Assembly (NCBI GenBank): GCA_044229975.1 | Contig: JBGARZ010000014.1 | Span: 1 to 64,000 of the forward strand | From: Polyangiales bacterium | Lineage (GTDB): Bacteria > Myxococcota_A > Polyangia > Polyangiales > Ga0077539 | Length of the DNA stretch: 64,000 nucleotides | Direction of reading: 5' to 3' | Shown here: positions 41,275 through 51,055 of the stretch, in pieces | How the letters are laid out: each line of letters opens with the position of its first letter | How positions within the stretch are numbered: the first letter of the stretch is position 1 | Notes under the pieces: model-generated | Seen by the model: the letters and a program-made list of their open reading frames with translations, nothing else | What the model was told of the DNA's origin: nothing | The model's database searches: none | Translations under genes and position numbers: made by a program

Positions 41275-41943
41275 ATGAAGCACGGATGGATGGCGCTCGT
41301 GGGTCTGGGTCTCGGCTCGATGGTCGCCGTGACGGTCGGCTGTGAGGGCGAGAGCAAGCTCACCGTGGTGACGGAAGAGGGCGCGACGGCGCCGCACGTC
41401 AACCTGCCTACGGTTCCGACGCTGCCGCCGCCGCCGCCGGTCAACCACACCGACGGGTCGTTTACCGTCTACGGCGTGCGCCACCAGGGCACCCGCGACC
41501 CCAACCTCTGGAACAAGCAGCAGCGCGTCCACGGCTACATCGTGAGCGTGTACACGGCGCGCAACGAGCGCGGCCAGCCCTGCACCGAGCGCGACCGCTG
41601 TGTCGAAGAGCGGCCGCACGTGTACATCTCGGACACCCGCGCCGAGCGCGACCCGGCCAAGATGATGATGGTGACGGGCTACGCGACCTTCCAGCGCGAG
41701 ATCGAAGACGCGCGCCGCGACGCCCGCGCGGGCCGTCAGCCCACCGCGGCCCAGCAGGCGCAGATCGCCGCGGGTCTCGTGAAGCCCGTGCCCACAGACT
41801 TCGACGAGGGCGCCGAGGTGGTGGTCACCGGCAACCTCGTCCGCCGCGCCGCCAATGGCCAGGCCGACTCCGCGGGTCTGCTCGAGTACATCTCGCACAC
41901 CACCACGACCCCCGCGCCGCCCGCCGCCCCCGCGCGGCACTGA
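41275..41943 (+). CDS. Hypothetical lipoprotein
   Basis: MKHGWMALVGLGLGSMVAVTVGC lipobox; typical codon usage. Confidence 0.7.
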   Translation: MKHGWMALVGLGLGSMVAVTVGCEGESKLTVVTEEGATAPHVNLPTVPTLPPPPPVNHTDGSFTVYGVRHQGTRDPNLWNKQQRVHGYIVSVYTARNERGQPCTERDRCVEERPHVYISDTRAERDPAKMMMVTGYATFQREIEDARRDARAGRQPTAAQQAQIAAGLVKPVPTDFDEGAEVVVTGNLVRRAANGQADSAGLLEYISHTTTTPAPPAAPARH

Positions 41944-41962
41944 GCCCCGCTCCTCCCCTCCG

Positions 41963-43930
41963 TCACTCCTCGGCGTGCATCGCCCGGGCGACCTCGCGGC
42001 CCAGGCCGTGGTCGTCCATCATCGCGCGCGTCCACCGCTGCATCACCTCGCCGAAGTCCCCGAGGTCGATGCCCAGCGCCGCGAGCGTCTCCTTGCGCTT
42101 CGCCCGGTCGGCGCGCAGCCCGCGCACCATCAGCACGTACTCCGACACCCGCGCCACGGCCTGACCCGGAAACACCTCGCGGTCGCTCGGCGTCACATCG
42201 GGCATCGAGTCCCGCGGCGGGGCGTCGTGCAGCGCCGCCGCCGGTCGCCAGCCCGTCGACGCCGAGTGCGTCAGCAGCAGACACTGCGCGCGCTCGGCGC
42301 CCACCGTCGCGTAGTGGTGCGAGACGCGCCACGTCCCGGGGCGCACCCGCACCAGCCACGTCACCGGGCCGCCCGCCTGCGCCTCCAGGCCCGTCGAGAG
42401 CGACACCGCCGCGCGCTCGTCCTCCACGCACGCGGCCATCCACGCCTCGTCGCCGTGGGCTGCCACGAGGTCGCCCACGCAGCGCCCCGACACGCGCGCC
42501 CACGAGAGCACCAGCCACCCGCTCGCCACGTCGAGGATGCCGCCCACCGAGGCCGTGCGATGCTCCCATCGACCCGGGAGCTCCCCGACAAACGTCTGCC
42601 CGCTCGGCAGCCCCGCCACCACGGCCACGCCGTCGGGCTCGCCCATGGTGCTCGTCACGATGGCGCACTGGAGCGCCTCGTCCGCCGGGCGCCACGCCAC
42701 GCCGCGCAGCCCGTCGGTCAGCGGCATCTCCGCGGTGACGCCCACGCGGCTCGCGAGCCCGAGCGCCTCGGTCGCGCGATCGACGCTCAGCCACGCCACC
42801 TCCTGCTCACCACGCAGGAAGCACTCGCTCCACGCCGCATCAGGGACCATCAATCCCTCGTTGGTCTCGCGCGTGTCCTTCGCCGTGAGCCCGCGCACCG
42901 CCGAGAGCAGGTGCCGTCGGCAGCGGTCGTAGGCGTCCTTCGCGGCGTCTTCGCCGGTCATCGTGGTCGCCGGGACGGGCCACGGCTCGACCCCGAGGTC
43001 GGCGATGGCCTGACGTCGCAGCACCCACGTATCGCCGGGCTCCGAGCCTCGCCAACGCGGAAAGGCTCGCGCGTCCATGGCGATGACGGGAATGCCCTGG
43101 TCATGACGGATGCCCACGCGGTCGGCGGAGGGCGTGACCACGCCGGCGCGAAGGGAGCCCACGCGCGCGGGTGCCGTCACCAGCACGGGCTTGAGCGTCG
43201 CAGGAGCGGCCGTGTTGCGCTTCGGGAGGGCGGAGGCGCCCAACGCGTCGGCCAGCACTGAAGCCTCGATGCGCAGGAGCGACGGCATGGTCATCGGCAT
43301 CGCCGCCGACTCGACGATGGTGAAGGCTTCGAGGTCGAGCACGTCGAGCCCATCGGTGGAGAGCCGACCGCGCAGCGACGGCAACGCGTGGCGACCCACC
43401 GCGAAGATGGCCGACGCCGCCCGCGACGGGTCGAGCGTCCCCTGGAGGAGCATCGCGTGCGCGGTGTCGGCGAGGAGGCGCCCGGCGTCGCGGGTCCACG
43501 CCGCGTAGCGGGTCGCGAAGTCGCCGCCGTCGAGGAGCAGGGCGCGCACCACCGCCACCGGGTCGGCCACGCGCAGGCCCACGCGCGCCGTCACATGGAA
43601 GTGACCCGCCCGCCCCGAACCGAGGCCCGTCACCGCGCCGACGGGCGCGTCGAGGTCGAGAAACCACGAGCCGCCCGTGGTGACGAAGAAGATCCCGATG
43701 CGGAGCACGTTGGCCGACGCGTCGACCCACGACGCGACGGCGGGCCACTGCGTCGGGTCGAGCACATAGCGCCCCGGGCCCACCGCCCCGATGGGCGCGC
43801 CGCCCGCGACGAACACCGCCTGCTCGTGACCCTGCACCACCACCGACGCGCCCACCGGCGGCGCCTCGGGCCAGGCCAGCACCCACTCCAGCGCCGCGTC
43901 GCCCCGTCGCAGAATCTCCCGCTCGCTCAT
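41963..43930 (-). CDS. SPFH/band-7 (YdjI-like) domain + Imm21-like region + small C-terminal helical domain
   Basis: GASVVVQGHEQAVFV..G.....GPGRYVL SPFH motif; IPVIAM....PRWRG...DAYDRC resembles Imm21. Confidence 0.6.
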   Translation of the reverse strand: MSEREILRRGDAALEWVLAWPEAPPVGASVVVQGHEQAVFVAGGAPIGAVGPGRYVLDPTQWPAVASWVDASANVLRIGIFFVTTGGSWFLDLDAPVGAVTGLGSGRAGHFHVTARVGLRVADPVAVVRALLLDGGDFATRYAAWTRDAGRLLADTAHAMLLQGTLDPSRAASAIFAVGRHALPSLRGRLSTDGLDVLDLEAFTIVESAAMPMTMPSLLRIEASVLADALGASALPKRNTAAPATLKPVLVTAPARVGSLRAGVVTPSADRVGIRHDQGIPVIAMDARAFPRWRGSEPGDTWVLRRQAIADLGVEPWPVPATTMTGEDAAKDAYDRCRRHLLSAVRGLTAKDTRETNEGLMVPDAAWSECFLRGEQEVAWLSVDRATEALGLASRVGVTAEMPLTDGLRGVAWRPADEALQCAIVTSTMGEPDGVAVVAGLPSGQTFVGELPGRWEHRTASVGGILDVASGWLVLSWARVSGRCVGDLVAAHGDEAWMAACVEDERAAVSLSTGLEAQAGGPVTWLVRVRPGTWRVSHHYATVGAERAQCLLLTHSASTGWRPAAALHDAPPRDSMPDVTPSDREVFPGQAVARVSEYVLMVRGLRADRAKRKETLAALGIDLGDFGEVMQRWTRAMMDDHGLGREVARAMHAEE

Positions 43931-43963
43931 CGGTCTCCGTCCTTCACTTCGTGTCCCAATGCT

Positions 43964-44359
43964 TCACGGCGCCAGGAGGAGCACGCGCACCTGGCTCGGC
44001 ACCACGCGCACGCCGGGACAGTTGGTGCCGTTCTGCAACGCCATGGAGGTGAGCCTCGTCGCGGGCATGCCGCCGACGATCACCGTGAACGCCGCCGTCA
44101 GGTGCCGCGCGGGGCCCATCACCAACCCCGAGGCGACGCCCATCGCGACGCCCGCGTTGTCGCCGTTGCTCATCGGAATGACGGTCGCCATGTTGTGCGC
44201 CGGCGCCCCGCCGAACAGCACCGTCGGCACTGGCGGAACCCCCATCGGAGCCATCGCGATGTTGGGGTACGGGATGGGCACCGGCCCCGCCGGCGTCGGC
44301 GTGAGGCACACGTCGGGGAAGCCCATGTCCATCCCCATCATCTGTGTGTTGGCAAACAT
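43964..44359 (-). CDS. DUF4150 PAAR-like spike tip protein (TagD-like)
   Basis: MFAN...FPDVCLTP.P..PIPYPNIA...GD.AG...GVASG...QN..N.PG...PSQ.RV. Confidence 0.9.
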   Translation of the reverse strand: MFANTQMMGMDMGFPDVCLTPTPAGPVPIPYPNIAMAPMGVPPVPTVLFGGAPAHNMATVIPMSNGDNAGVAMGVASGLVMGPARHLTAAFTVIVGGMPATRLTSMALQNGTNCPGVRVVPSQVRVLLLAP

Positions 44360-44363
44360 CTCG

Positions 44364-44990
44364 TCAGCCCACGATGACCTGGTTGGCATCCACCTTCGCG
44401 AGCTCGTCGGCCGTCAGCGCCACGAAGTTCCCGTGCGCCTGCACCGACTCGCGACCCACCAGCCGCAGCACGCCCGCCCGCACCTGATCGAGCTCCTCCA
44501 CCACCCGCTGCGCCAGCCGCGCGCGCTGCACCAGCCGCTCGGCGATGGTCGTCGCCGTGCCCGCCCGCAGCGTCCACCGCTCCACCGCCGCGCTCACCGC
44601 GCCGCCCACGATCTCCGCCGCGTCGACCACCGCCGTCGCCACCGACGCGTGCACCGCGACCTCGCTCGCCGTCACCCGCGCCGTGCCCGAGGTCACGGCC
44701 TCCACGCCGTCGCGCGCCGCCACCGTCACGCGCCCCGTCGGCGTCGCCAGCTCCAGGTCGCCGTCGACCTCCAGCCGCGTCGCGCCCGCGTGTGACAGCA
44801 CCGCGAGCACCCATGCGCCCTCTGGCGACTCCGCGAGCAGCACCCGGTCGCCCTCGCGCGGGGCCACCAGGCAGCTTGCCGCGCGCTGCGCCGCGACCGA
44901 CCGATCGCCCACCTGCACCGAGCCGTCGGTGACGACACCCACGCGCATCACGGCTGGGATCTCTTCGAGGGTGCGTGCTGTTCCGTCCAT
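44364..44990 (-). CDS. DUF3540 protein (TagC-like)
   Basis: AQRAASCLVAPREGDRVL...WVLAVL; R.VEELDQVRAG; KVDANQVIVG; GGAGGAG RBS before ATG 44990. Confidence 0.85.
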   Translation of the reverse strand: MDGTARTLEEIPAVMRVGVVTDGSVQVGDRSVAAQRAASCLVAPREGDRVLLAESPEGAWVLAVLSHAGATRLEVDGDLELATPTGRVTVAARDGVEAVTSGTARVTASEVAVHASVATAVVDAAEIVGGAVSAAVERWTLRAGTATTIAERLVQRARLAQRVVEELDQVRAGVLRLVGRESVQAHGNFVALTADELAKVDANQVIVG

Positions 44991-45021
44991 GGTCTGCGCT
45001 CCTCCGTCCATCGTCGCGTGG

Positions 45022-46077
45022 TCAGCCCGTGGTTCTTGGTCGGAAGCCTTCCGCCTCGGCTCGCGGAACGTCATCCCCCAGGGCCGAAGCCCGATCGGTA
45101 AACGTCGCTCCCTCGGTCTTGGCTCCATGCAGTCGCGCGCGAAACATCGTCGCCCCGCCAAACTCCGCGCCGCGGACATCGGCGTGGTTGAACTCAGCGT
45201 ACGTCAGGTCCGCCTCCGCGAACACCGCTCCCGGCGCCCGCGCCCGGTGCAGCACCGCCTGCGCCATGCGCGCCCCGTCGAAGCGCGCCCGCGGCGCGAC
45301 GGCATCCACCAGGATCGCCTGCTCCAGCACGGCTCGCCGCGCGTCGAGCCCTTCGGCCTTCGCCTGCAACAGCAGCGCACGGCTCATCCGCGCCTCGGCC
45401 ATCACGGCGCCCGTCAGGTCGGCGCCCTGGAAGTTGGTCCCATCGAGCATCGCCCCGCGCAGATTGGCCTCACGCAGGTCGCACCCCGCCATGAACACCC
45501 CCGCGAAGTTCATCCCCCGCAGGTCGCACCCCTTGAGCACGCAGCCCCTCAACATCGCCTGGAGGAAGGTCATCCCGCGCAGCGTCGTCGTCGTGAGGTC
45601 GGCGTCCATCAAGCCCCCGCGCTCCATGCGCGCGTCGGTCAGGTTGGCTCCGTCGAGCGCGCAGCCCAGCAGCGTCCCCTGCGCGATGGTCGCCCCGCGC
45701 AGGTCGACCCCCGACAGCTTGCAGCTCACCCAGTTGGTCAGTCGCGCTTGCGCCCCGGTGAGCGCCGCGCCCGCGAGGTCGCACTCCGAAAACGTCGCGC
45801 TGAGCAGCGTGAGACCGCCCATGCGCGCGCCCCGCAGGTCGCACTGGTGAAAGGTCGCCTGCCGCAACCCCGCGCCCGCGAGGTCGACGTCTTGCAACCC
45901 GCACCCCGCGAAGGTCGCCTCGTCGAGCCTCGCGCCCGCGAGCACCGCTCTGGTCAGCGTCACCTGATGAAACACCGCGCCCCGCAGATCACACCCGCGC
46001 AGGTCGATGCCCGCGAGGTCGGCCTGCGTGACCATCTCACCGTCCTCGACGAGCGCTTCGACCCGCTCACGCGTCAC
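45022..46077 (-). CDS. Pentapeptide-repeat protein (TagB-like)
   Basis: Continuous A(D/N)LxG-type pentapeptides. Confidence 0.88.
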   Translation of the reverse strand: MTRERVEALVEDGEMVTQADLAGIDLRGCDLRGAVFHQVTLTRAVLAGARLDEATFAGCGLQDVDLAGAGLRQATFHQCDLRGARMGGLTLLSATFSECDLAGAALTGAQARLTNWVSCKLSGVDLRGATIAQGTLLGCALDGANLTDARMERGGLMDADLTTTTLRGMTFLQAMLRGCVLKGCDLRGMNFAGVFMAGCDLREANLRGAMLDGTNFQGADLTGAVMAEARMSRALLLQAKAEGLDARRAVLEQAILVDAVAPRARFDGARMAQAVLHRARAPGAVFAEADLTYAEFNHADVRGAEFGGATMFRARLHGAKTEGATFTDRASALGDDVPRAEAEGFRPRTTG

Positions 46078-48662
46078 GTCGCGGGCCTCCCGACGCGCGC
46101 CCTCGTCACGTTGGCTCCGTCCATGCGCGTGCGGTCATCGCCCTTCGCCCCCATCATGTCGGCGCCAAACAGGTTGGCGCCCGCCAGCACCGTCCCTCGT
46201 AGCACCGCCTTGGAGAGCATCGCGTCCAGCAGGTCGGCCCTGCGCAGCACCGCGTCGGTGAGGTCGGCTCGCGTGAAGTTCGCCTCTCTCGCGCTCACAC
46301 CCGCGAGCGTTGACCCCGTGAGGTTGCACGCCATCAGGTTGGACTGATCGAGCTTCGCGCCGGTGAAGTCCGACCGCTCGAAGTCCACGCCCCGCAGCAA
46401 CGATCGTCGCAGCGACGCCCCCGACAGGTCGATGCCGCGCGCGTCGCAGCCCTCCACCATCCGCGTGTCATCGAGCGATGCTCCCGCCGCGCTCACCCCC
46501 GCCAGCACGCACCGCAACAGAACCATCTCGCGCCACTCCACCCGCCGCAGGTCGGCGCCCGTGAGGTCGACGTCCAGCAGCGTGCACTTGCGCCAGCGCG
46601 AGCCCGCGAGGTTCACCTCCCGCAGTCGCAGGTTCATCAGCACGAGACCCTGCGCCGTGGTGTCGCCGAGGTCGCAGCGGTCGAGCCGCGCGCCCATCAG
46701 ATCGACCCGGTCGAGGCACGCGCCGCGCATCACTGCTCCCGTCAGATCGGCGTCACCGAAGACGGCATCCGACAACACCGACGACCCGTCGAAGCTCGCC
46801 CCGCGCAGGTCGGCCCCACCCAGGTTGGCGCCCTCCAAGCGCGTGCCCCGCAGGTCGGCTCCGCGCAGGTCGGCCCGCGCCAGCACTGCCACCGAGAGGT
46901 CACACCGCGCCAGTCGTGCGCCACGCAGGTCGGCTCCCTCCAGCAACGCGCCTCGCAGCGAGATGCCCGTCAGGTCGAGCTCGTGGAGGTCGGCGCCGGT
47001 GAGGTCCATCGCGTCGAGCGGGTGGCCCGCCGAGAGCCGCGACGACACCAGCTCTCGCAGCGCGGCGCCGTCTCGTCCCGCCGCCGCGGGCATCCGGTGC
47101 GCGTGCTGTCGGTAGTTCTCCCGCAGCGACCACTCGGCGTCTCGCAGCCGCGCGGCGTACGCCGGGTCGGTGAGCCGCTCGTCGAAGTCTTCGGTCGTGT
47201 GCCCTTGCGCCGCGAGCGAGTCGCGCTGCGCCTGCAAGCGCGCCAGCTCCCCGTCGGCCGAAAACGTCGGCGGACCGCCCGGCACCGTCGTCGCCGTCGC
47301 CGGGTCGACACCCATCCGCGTGAGCATCTCCGCTCGCTCAGCCTCGGCCTCCGCCCGTCGCCCGGCCTGCGCCGCCACCATCTGGTCGAGCGCCGCGCTC
47401 AGGGCCGCCGGGTCATCGCTCGCCACGTCGGGTGCCGTCGGCAGCGCCACCTCGAAGCTCCTCGGATCGAGCCCCTGCGCCTCCAGCCTCGCCTTCGCCT
47501 CGGCGCGCCCCTTGGCCGCCTTCGCGTCGCCTCGTTTGCGCTGCCACCCTTCGCTCGTCAGCGCCTCGGCCATGCCGTCGTCGGCCGATCGCACCGCCGG
47601 CGCGTCCGCCCGCGACGCCGGAATCAGGTCGTCGTCCTTCAACGACGCCAAGGCCCCGCGTTCGCGATCGAGCCGCAGCGCCAGCACCGATCGGTAGTGA
47701 TCGACGGGCTTCGGCGCCCCGAGGTCCTCGGCCGCGAGCAAGAGCGTGGTGACGTCCTCGGCGTCGTCCTCGGCCACCGTGGTCACCGCGCGGAAGATCA
47801 TCACCAGCCGGTCGAGGGCAGGAAAGAAGTGCACCGTGTCGAGCCGCGTCGGGAGCTCCTCCAGCACGCCCTCTGCGCTCGTCGCCCTCCGCACGAACAC
47901 CCGCGCGCAGTACCCCGGCAACGCCCCCTCGATGCGCGAGCGCGTCGCGTGCAGGTGCTCCAGCACATACGCCTCATCCCCGCGCCAGTACCCGTCGGTC
48001 CACTGGTCGGTGGGCGCGACGTTGAAGTACGTCCAGTCGGTGTCCACCGCGAGGCCCGGAAACGCCGTCTCCAGCCAGCGCTGGTCGTAGGTTCCGCGAC
48101 GCGCGGCGCGCTGCGGCCAGGTCTCGTCGAGGGCGCCGAAGCCCGCCGGGTCGGGTCGGTCGCCCACCGCGTCGATGAGGTTTCGCGGGTCTTCGATGTT
48201 GGGTAGTTCGTACGCCGTACCATCGGGGGCGAAGCCCCGGCCCAGGGGGTTCTTCGCGTAGCCTTCGCCGCCGAACGCGCGCGCCCAGCCGAGCGGCATC
48301 TCCGTGAAGGGCGCCGGGCTGCTCATGGCGCCGTGCTCCCAGCGCCGGTCGCCAATCACCCGCAGCCGTTTGTCCACCGCGCCGAGCTTCATCCGCACCG
48401 TCGTCGCGGTCGCCGCGCCGCCCGGAGGAAAGGTGCTCCCGGTGAGCAGGGCCTCGGCCCGGGACTTGGGCATCCACATGTCGAGCGCGGCGCCGTCGCC
48501 GAGCGCGGGCATCACCTCGGGCCAGAGGTCCTGCTCCTTCAGCAGCGCGCCGCGCGGGTGCAGCGGGACGTAGAGCAGCGCCGACACCGCGAAGTGGTAG
48601 CGGCCCCCGTGCTCGAAGGTCCGACAGCCGACCCCCACCCTCTGCGGCTTGACGGTACGCAC
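46074..48662 (-). CDS. DUF2169 + pentapeptide-repeat T6SS accessory protein (TagAB-like)
   Basis: LDMWMPK, KRLRVIGDRRW, W.RAFGG...NPLGRG, WPQR..R.GTYD..W, YFNVAP.DQ; C-terminal pentapeptides. Confidence 0.9.
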   Translation of the reverse strand: MRTVKPQRVGVGCRTFEHGGRYHFAVSALLYVPLHPRGALLKEQDLWPEVMPALGDGAALDMWMPKSRAEALLTGSTFPPGGAATATTVRMKLGAVDKRLRVIGDRRWEHGAMSSPAPFTEMPLGWARAFGGEGYAKNPLGRGFAPDGTAYELPNIEDPRNLIDAVGDRPDPAGFGALDETWPQRAARRGTYDQRWLETAFPGLAVDTDWTYFNVAPTDQWTDGYWRGDEAYVLEHLHATRSRIEGALPGYCARVFVRRATSAEGVLEELPTRLDTVHFFPALDRLVMIFRAVTTVAEDDAEDVTTLLLAAEDLGAPKPVDHYRSVLALRLDRERGALASLKDDDLIPASRADAPAVRSADDGMAEALTSEGWQRKRGDAKAAKGRAEAKARLEAQGLDPRSFEVALPTAPDVASDDPAALSAALDQMVAAQAGRRAEAEAERAEMLTRMGVDPATATTVPGGPPTFSADGELARLQAQRDSLAAQGHTTEDFDERLTDPAYAARLRDAEWSLRENYRQHAHRMPAAAGRDGAALRELVSSRLSAGHPLDAMDLTGADLHELDLTGISLRGALLEGADLRGARLARCDLSVAVLARADLRGADLRGTRLEGANLGGADLRGASFDGSSVLSDAVFGDADLTGAVMRGACLDRVDLMGARLDRCDLGDTTAQGLVLMNLRLREVNLAGSRWRKCTLLDVDLTGADLRRVEWREMVLLRCVLAGVSAAGASLDDTRMVEGCDARGIDLSGASLRRSLLRGVDFERSDFTGAKLDQSNLMACNLTGSTLAGVSAREANFTRADLTDAVLRRADLLDAMLSKAVLRGTVLAGANLFGADMMGAKGDDRTRMDGANVTRARVGRPAT

Positions 48663-48675
48663 CCCGAACGATCCC

Positions 48676-51009
48676 TCAGAAGATCCCGGTGAAGCCCTGG
48701 TAGATGCGCGCCCCGGCGGCCTCGATCTTCGACCCGATCTGCCCGAGCTTCGCGCCGAGCTGCTCGATCTTCGCGCCGACCGCGTCCTTCTCCATGCCGA
48801 CGGTGGAGATCTCCACGCCCGTCGTCGACATGTGGACGCCGCAGTGCTCGATCTTCAGCCCGTCGATGGCGTTGTTGACGCCCGAGTGGTCGTTCTTCAG
48901 GCCCGTGACCTCGAACTTCGTCGGCGAAAACCAGCTCTCGCTCGCGCCCTGCTTGGTGGTCGTCGGGACGTTGAGCGTGAAGCTCGCGGCGTTGATGGTG
49001 AGCGCCGGCGTGGTGATGGTCATGGCCGCCGCCACGGTGATGCTCTGCGTCGCCGCGATGGTGGTCGTCTGGTTGGCCGCCACCAGCAGCGACTGGTTGG
49101 CCGCGACGATGGTGTCGTCGTTGCCGACGATCATGCTCGACTGGTTGCCCACCACGGCGTGGCTGCGATTGCCGATCACCATGTTGGTCTGGTTGCCCCC
49201 GACGGTGTTGTCCTGGTTGCCCCCGACGGTGATGGTCTCGTTGCCGCCGATGGTGTCGCTGGCGTTGCCGCCCACCGTGCGGGTGTCGTCGCCGGTGATG
49301 TCCGTGGTGCGGTTGGACAGGTAGCGCTCGTTGACGTCGCCGACCACCTCCTCGTCGAGGATGGCGCCGACGCGAACGTCCTCCTGCCCGCCCGTGTGCA
49401 CGAGCCCGTTGCCGTCGGTCGAGATGATCCAGTTGTGCGAGTGCGCGTCGTGGTGCTTGCCGAGGTGGATGAACGACTTCTCCGGCGGGGAGAAGATGTC
49501 GATCCACTGCTTCTCGGCCTCGTCCTCGATGCGAATCTCGTTGTCGCCGCCCGTGTGGATGACGTTCTGCGTGTGGTTGGCCGAGGTCACCGGCGAGGGG
49601 TTGTGCGCGTTGGGCGCGACGCCCGCGATGATGGGCCGGTCGGGGTCGCCGCCGAGAAACACCAGCATCACTTCGGTGCCCTTGCGCAGCGGGAAGTGCC
49701 ACCCCTCGGGGTTGCCGCCGTGCGGCTGGAGCATCCGTATCCACATCGACGCCTCGCCCGCCGGGTGGTCGCGCTCCTCGAAGCGCACCTTCACCTTGTA
49801 GCGGCCCTCCTTGTCGAGCTGCGCGTAGTCGTCGTCGAGCGGACCATCCACCGTCGCGCTCTCCACGCCGTACACCCGCGGCACCGCCGTGCGCCGCGCC
49901 GGGCGGTACTGCGGCGCCGAGCTCACCGCCGCGACGTGGACCTTGTACGTTCGGTCGGTGCCCACCCGCAGCGCTCGCGCGAGCTCGGGCAGCGTGGCGA
50001 TGTTGTTGCCGAAGTGCTCCTGCTCGACGCAGAGGTACTCGGCGTTCATGGCGTTGCGCGGGTGCTCGTCGAGGGTGAAGCGATAGCCGGGGACGAGGTC
50101 GAAGAGGCGTCCGCGGCCGTGGAAGCCCGCCTCGCGGGTGGAGTGTTCGAGCGCGCGCACGGCGGCGAGGCGCTTGCCGTCGTCGGGGTCGGCGTAGTTG
50201 TCGCCGAGGCTGCGGGTCTCACCGACGCCGTGGGTGGTGATGTCCTGCGGCTGCTTGAGCGCGAGCGAAGGGTTGAGCTGATCGTACTCGTCGAGGATCA
50301 CCTTCTGCGCGAGCGCCTGGTAGCGCGCCCGCCAGGTCTCCATGGCGTCGACCTGCCCGGTGTCCGAGTCGCTCGTGGGGAAGTACCGCACCGGGGTCGC
50401 CGGGCTCGCGGTGTGCGAACTCTTCGTATCGGTGATGCGCAGCACCTCCTCGGATTTGTCGGGGTCGTGCTCGAAGTAGAAGTAGATGCCCTCGCGCTCC
50501 ATCCAGCGGGCGACGAAGTCGAAGTCGGTCTCGCGCCACTGACAGATGTGGTCGCGGGCTTCGTATTTCCCGCGGTTCTCGTAGCTGGCCTTCAGCTTCG
50601 CGCCGGTGATGCCCGCGTCGCGCAGGATGAACTCGATGACGTCGGGCACCGTGCTCGGGTCGTGGCCGCGCGTGAAGACGCGGGTGTGCCGCTTGAGGGT
50701 GAGCTTCCACAGCGCCGGGACGAGCGTGACCCGATAGACCGCCTGGTCGTTGTGCTCGTGGACGAGCTCGATGGACGACACGATGCCGTGGCGCACGGTG
50801 CGGGGCGTCCCGTCGGCACCGTTGATGGTCAACGTCGCGGCCCCGAAGAGCGCGTCGAGCGGCTCGAAGTCGGGGGCGATGCTCGCCTGGATGAGCACCA
50901 GGACGTCGAAGGCGTAGAGGCGCGAGAGCCCCTCGCTCCCCGTGAAGGTCAGCACCTTCGCGTCCGCCGGAATCGCCGCTGCCGTCAGAACGAACAGGTC
51001 AGGGTCCAT
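48676..51009 (-). CDS. vgrG: Type VI secretion spike protein VgrG/TssI
   Basis: GSEGLSRLY.F, QWRETDFDFVARWMEREGIYFYF, GRYKVKVRF, WIRMLQPHGG..G.HFPLRKGTEV...F.GGDPDRP; gp5-like 8-aa repeats. Confidence 0.93.
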   Translation of the reverse strand: MDPDLFVLTAAAIPADAKVLTFTGSEGLSRLYAFDVLVLIQASIAPDFEPLDALFGAATLTINGADGTPRTVRHGIVSSIELVHEHNDQAVYRVTLVPALWKLTLKRHTRVFTRGHDPSTVPDVIEFILRDAGITGAKLKASYENRGKYEARDHICQWRETDFDFVARWMEREGIYFYFEHDPDKSEEVLRITDTKSSHTASPATPVRYFPTSDSDTGQVDAMETWRARYQALAQKVILDEYDQLNPSLALKQPQDITTHGVGETRSLGDNYADPDDGKRLAAVRALEHSTREAGFHGRGRLFDLVPGYRFTLDEHPRNAMNAEYLCVEQEHFGNNIATLPELARALRVGTDRTYKVHVAAVSSAPQYRPARRTAVPRVYGVESATVDGPLDDDYAQLDKEGRYKVKVRFEERDHPAGEASMWIRMLQPHGGNPEGWHFPLRKGTEVMLVFLGGDPDRPIIAGVAPNAHNPSPVTSANHTQNVIHTGGDNEIRIEDEAEKQWIDIFSPPEKSFIHLGKHHDAHSHNWIISTDGNGLVHTGGQEDVRVGAILDEEVVGDVNERYLSNRTTDITGDDTRTVGGNASDTIGGNETITVGGNQDNTVGGNQTNMVIGNRSHAVVGNQSSMIVGNDDTIVAANQSLLVAANQTTTIAATQSITVAAAMTITTPALTINAASFTLNVPTTTKQGASESWFSPTKFEVTGLKNDHSGVNNAIDGLKIEHCGVHMSTTGVEISTVGMEKDAVGAKIEQLGAKLGQIGSKIEAAGARIYQGFTGIF

Positions 51010-51055
51010 AGGTGACCGCGGATGCTACGCCCATTCGGGAGGAGGGGAGGAGGGA

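Noticed and set aside
45022..47000. Repetitive DNA (cgcaggtcg units) as a possible CRISPR or nucleotide repeat array
   Set aside because: Explained by pentapeptide-repeat coding; no constant repeat-spacer structure and no cas genes
48649..51015. 788-aa plus-strand ORF opposite vgrG, and many similar Arg/Pro/Ala-rich ORFs
   Set aside because: Shadow ORFs caused by stop-codon scarcity; no recognisable motifs
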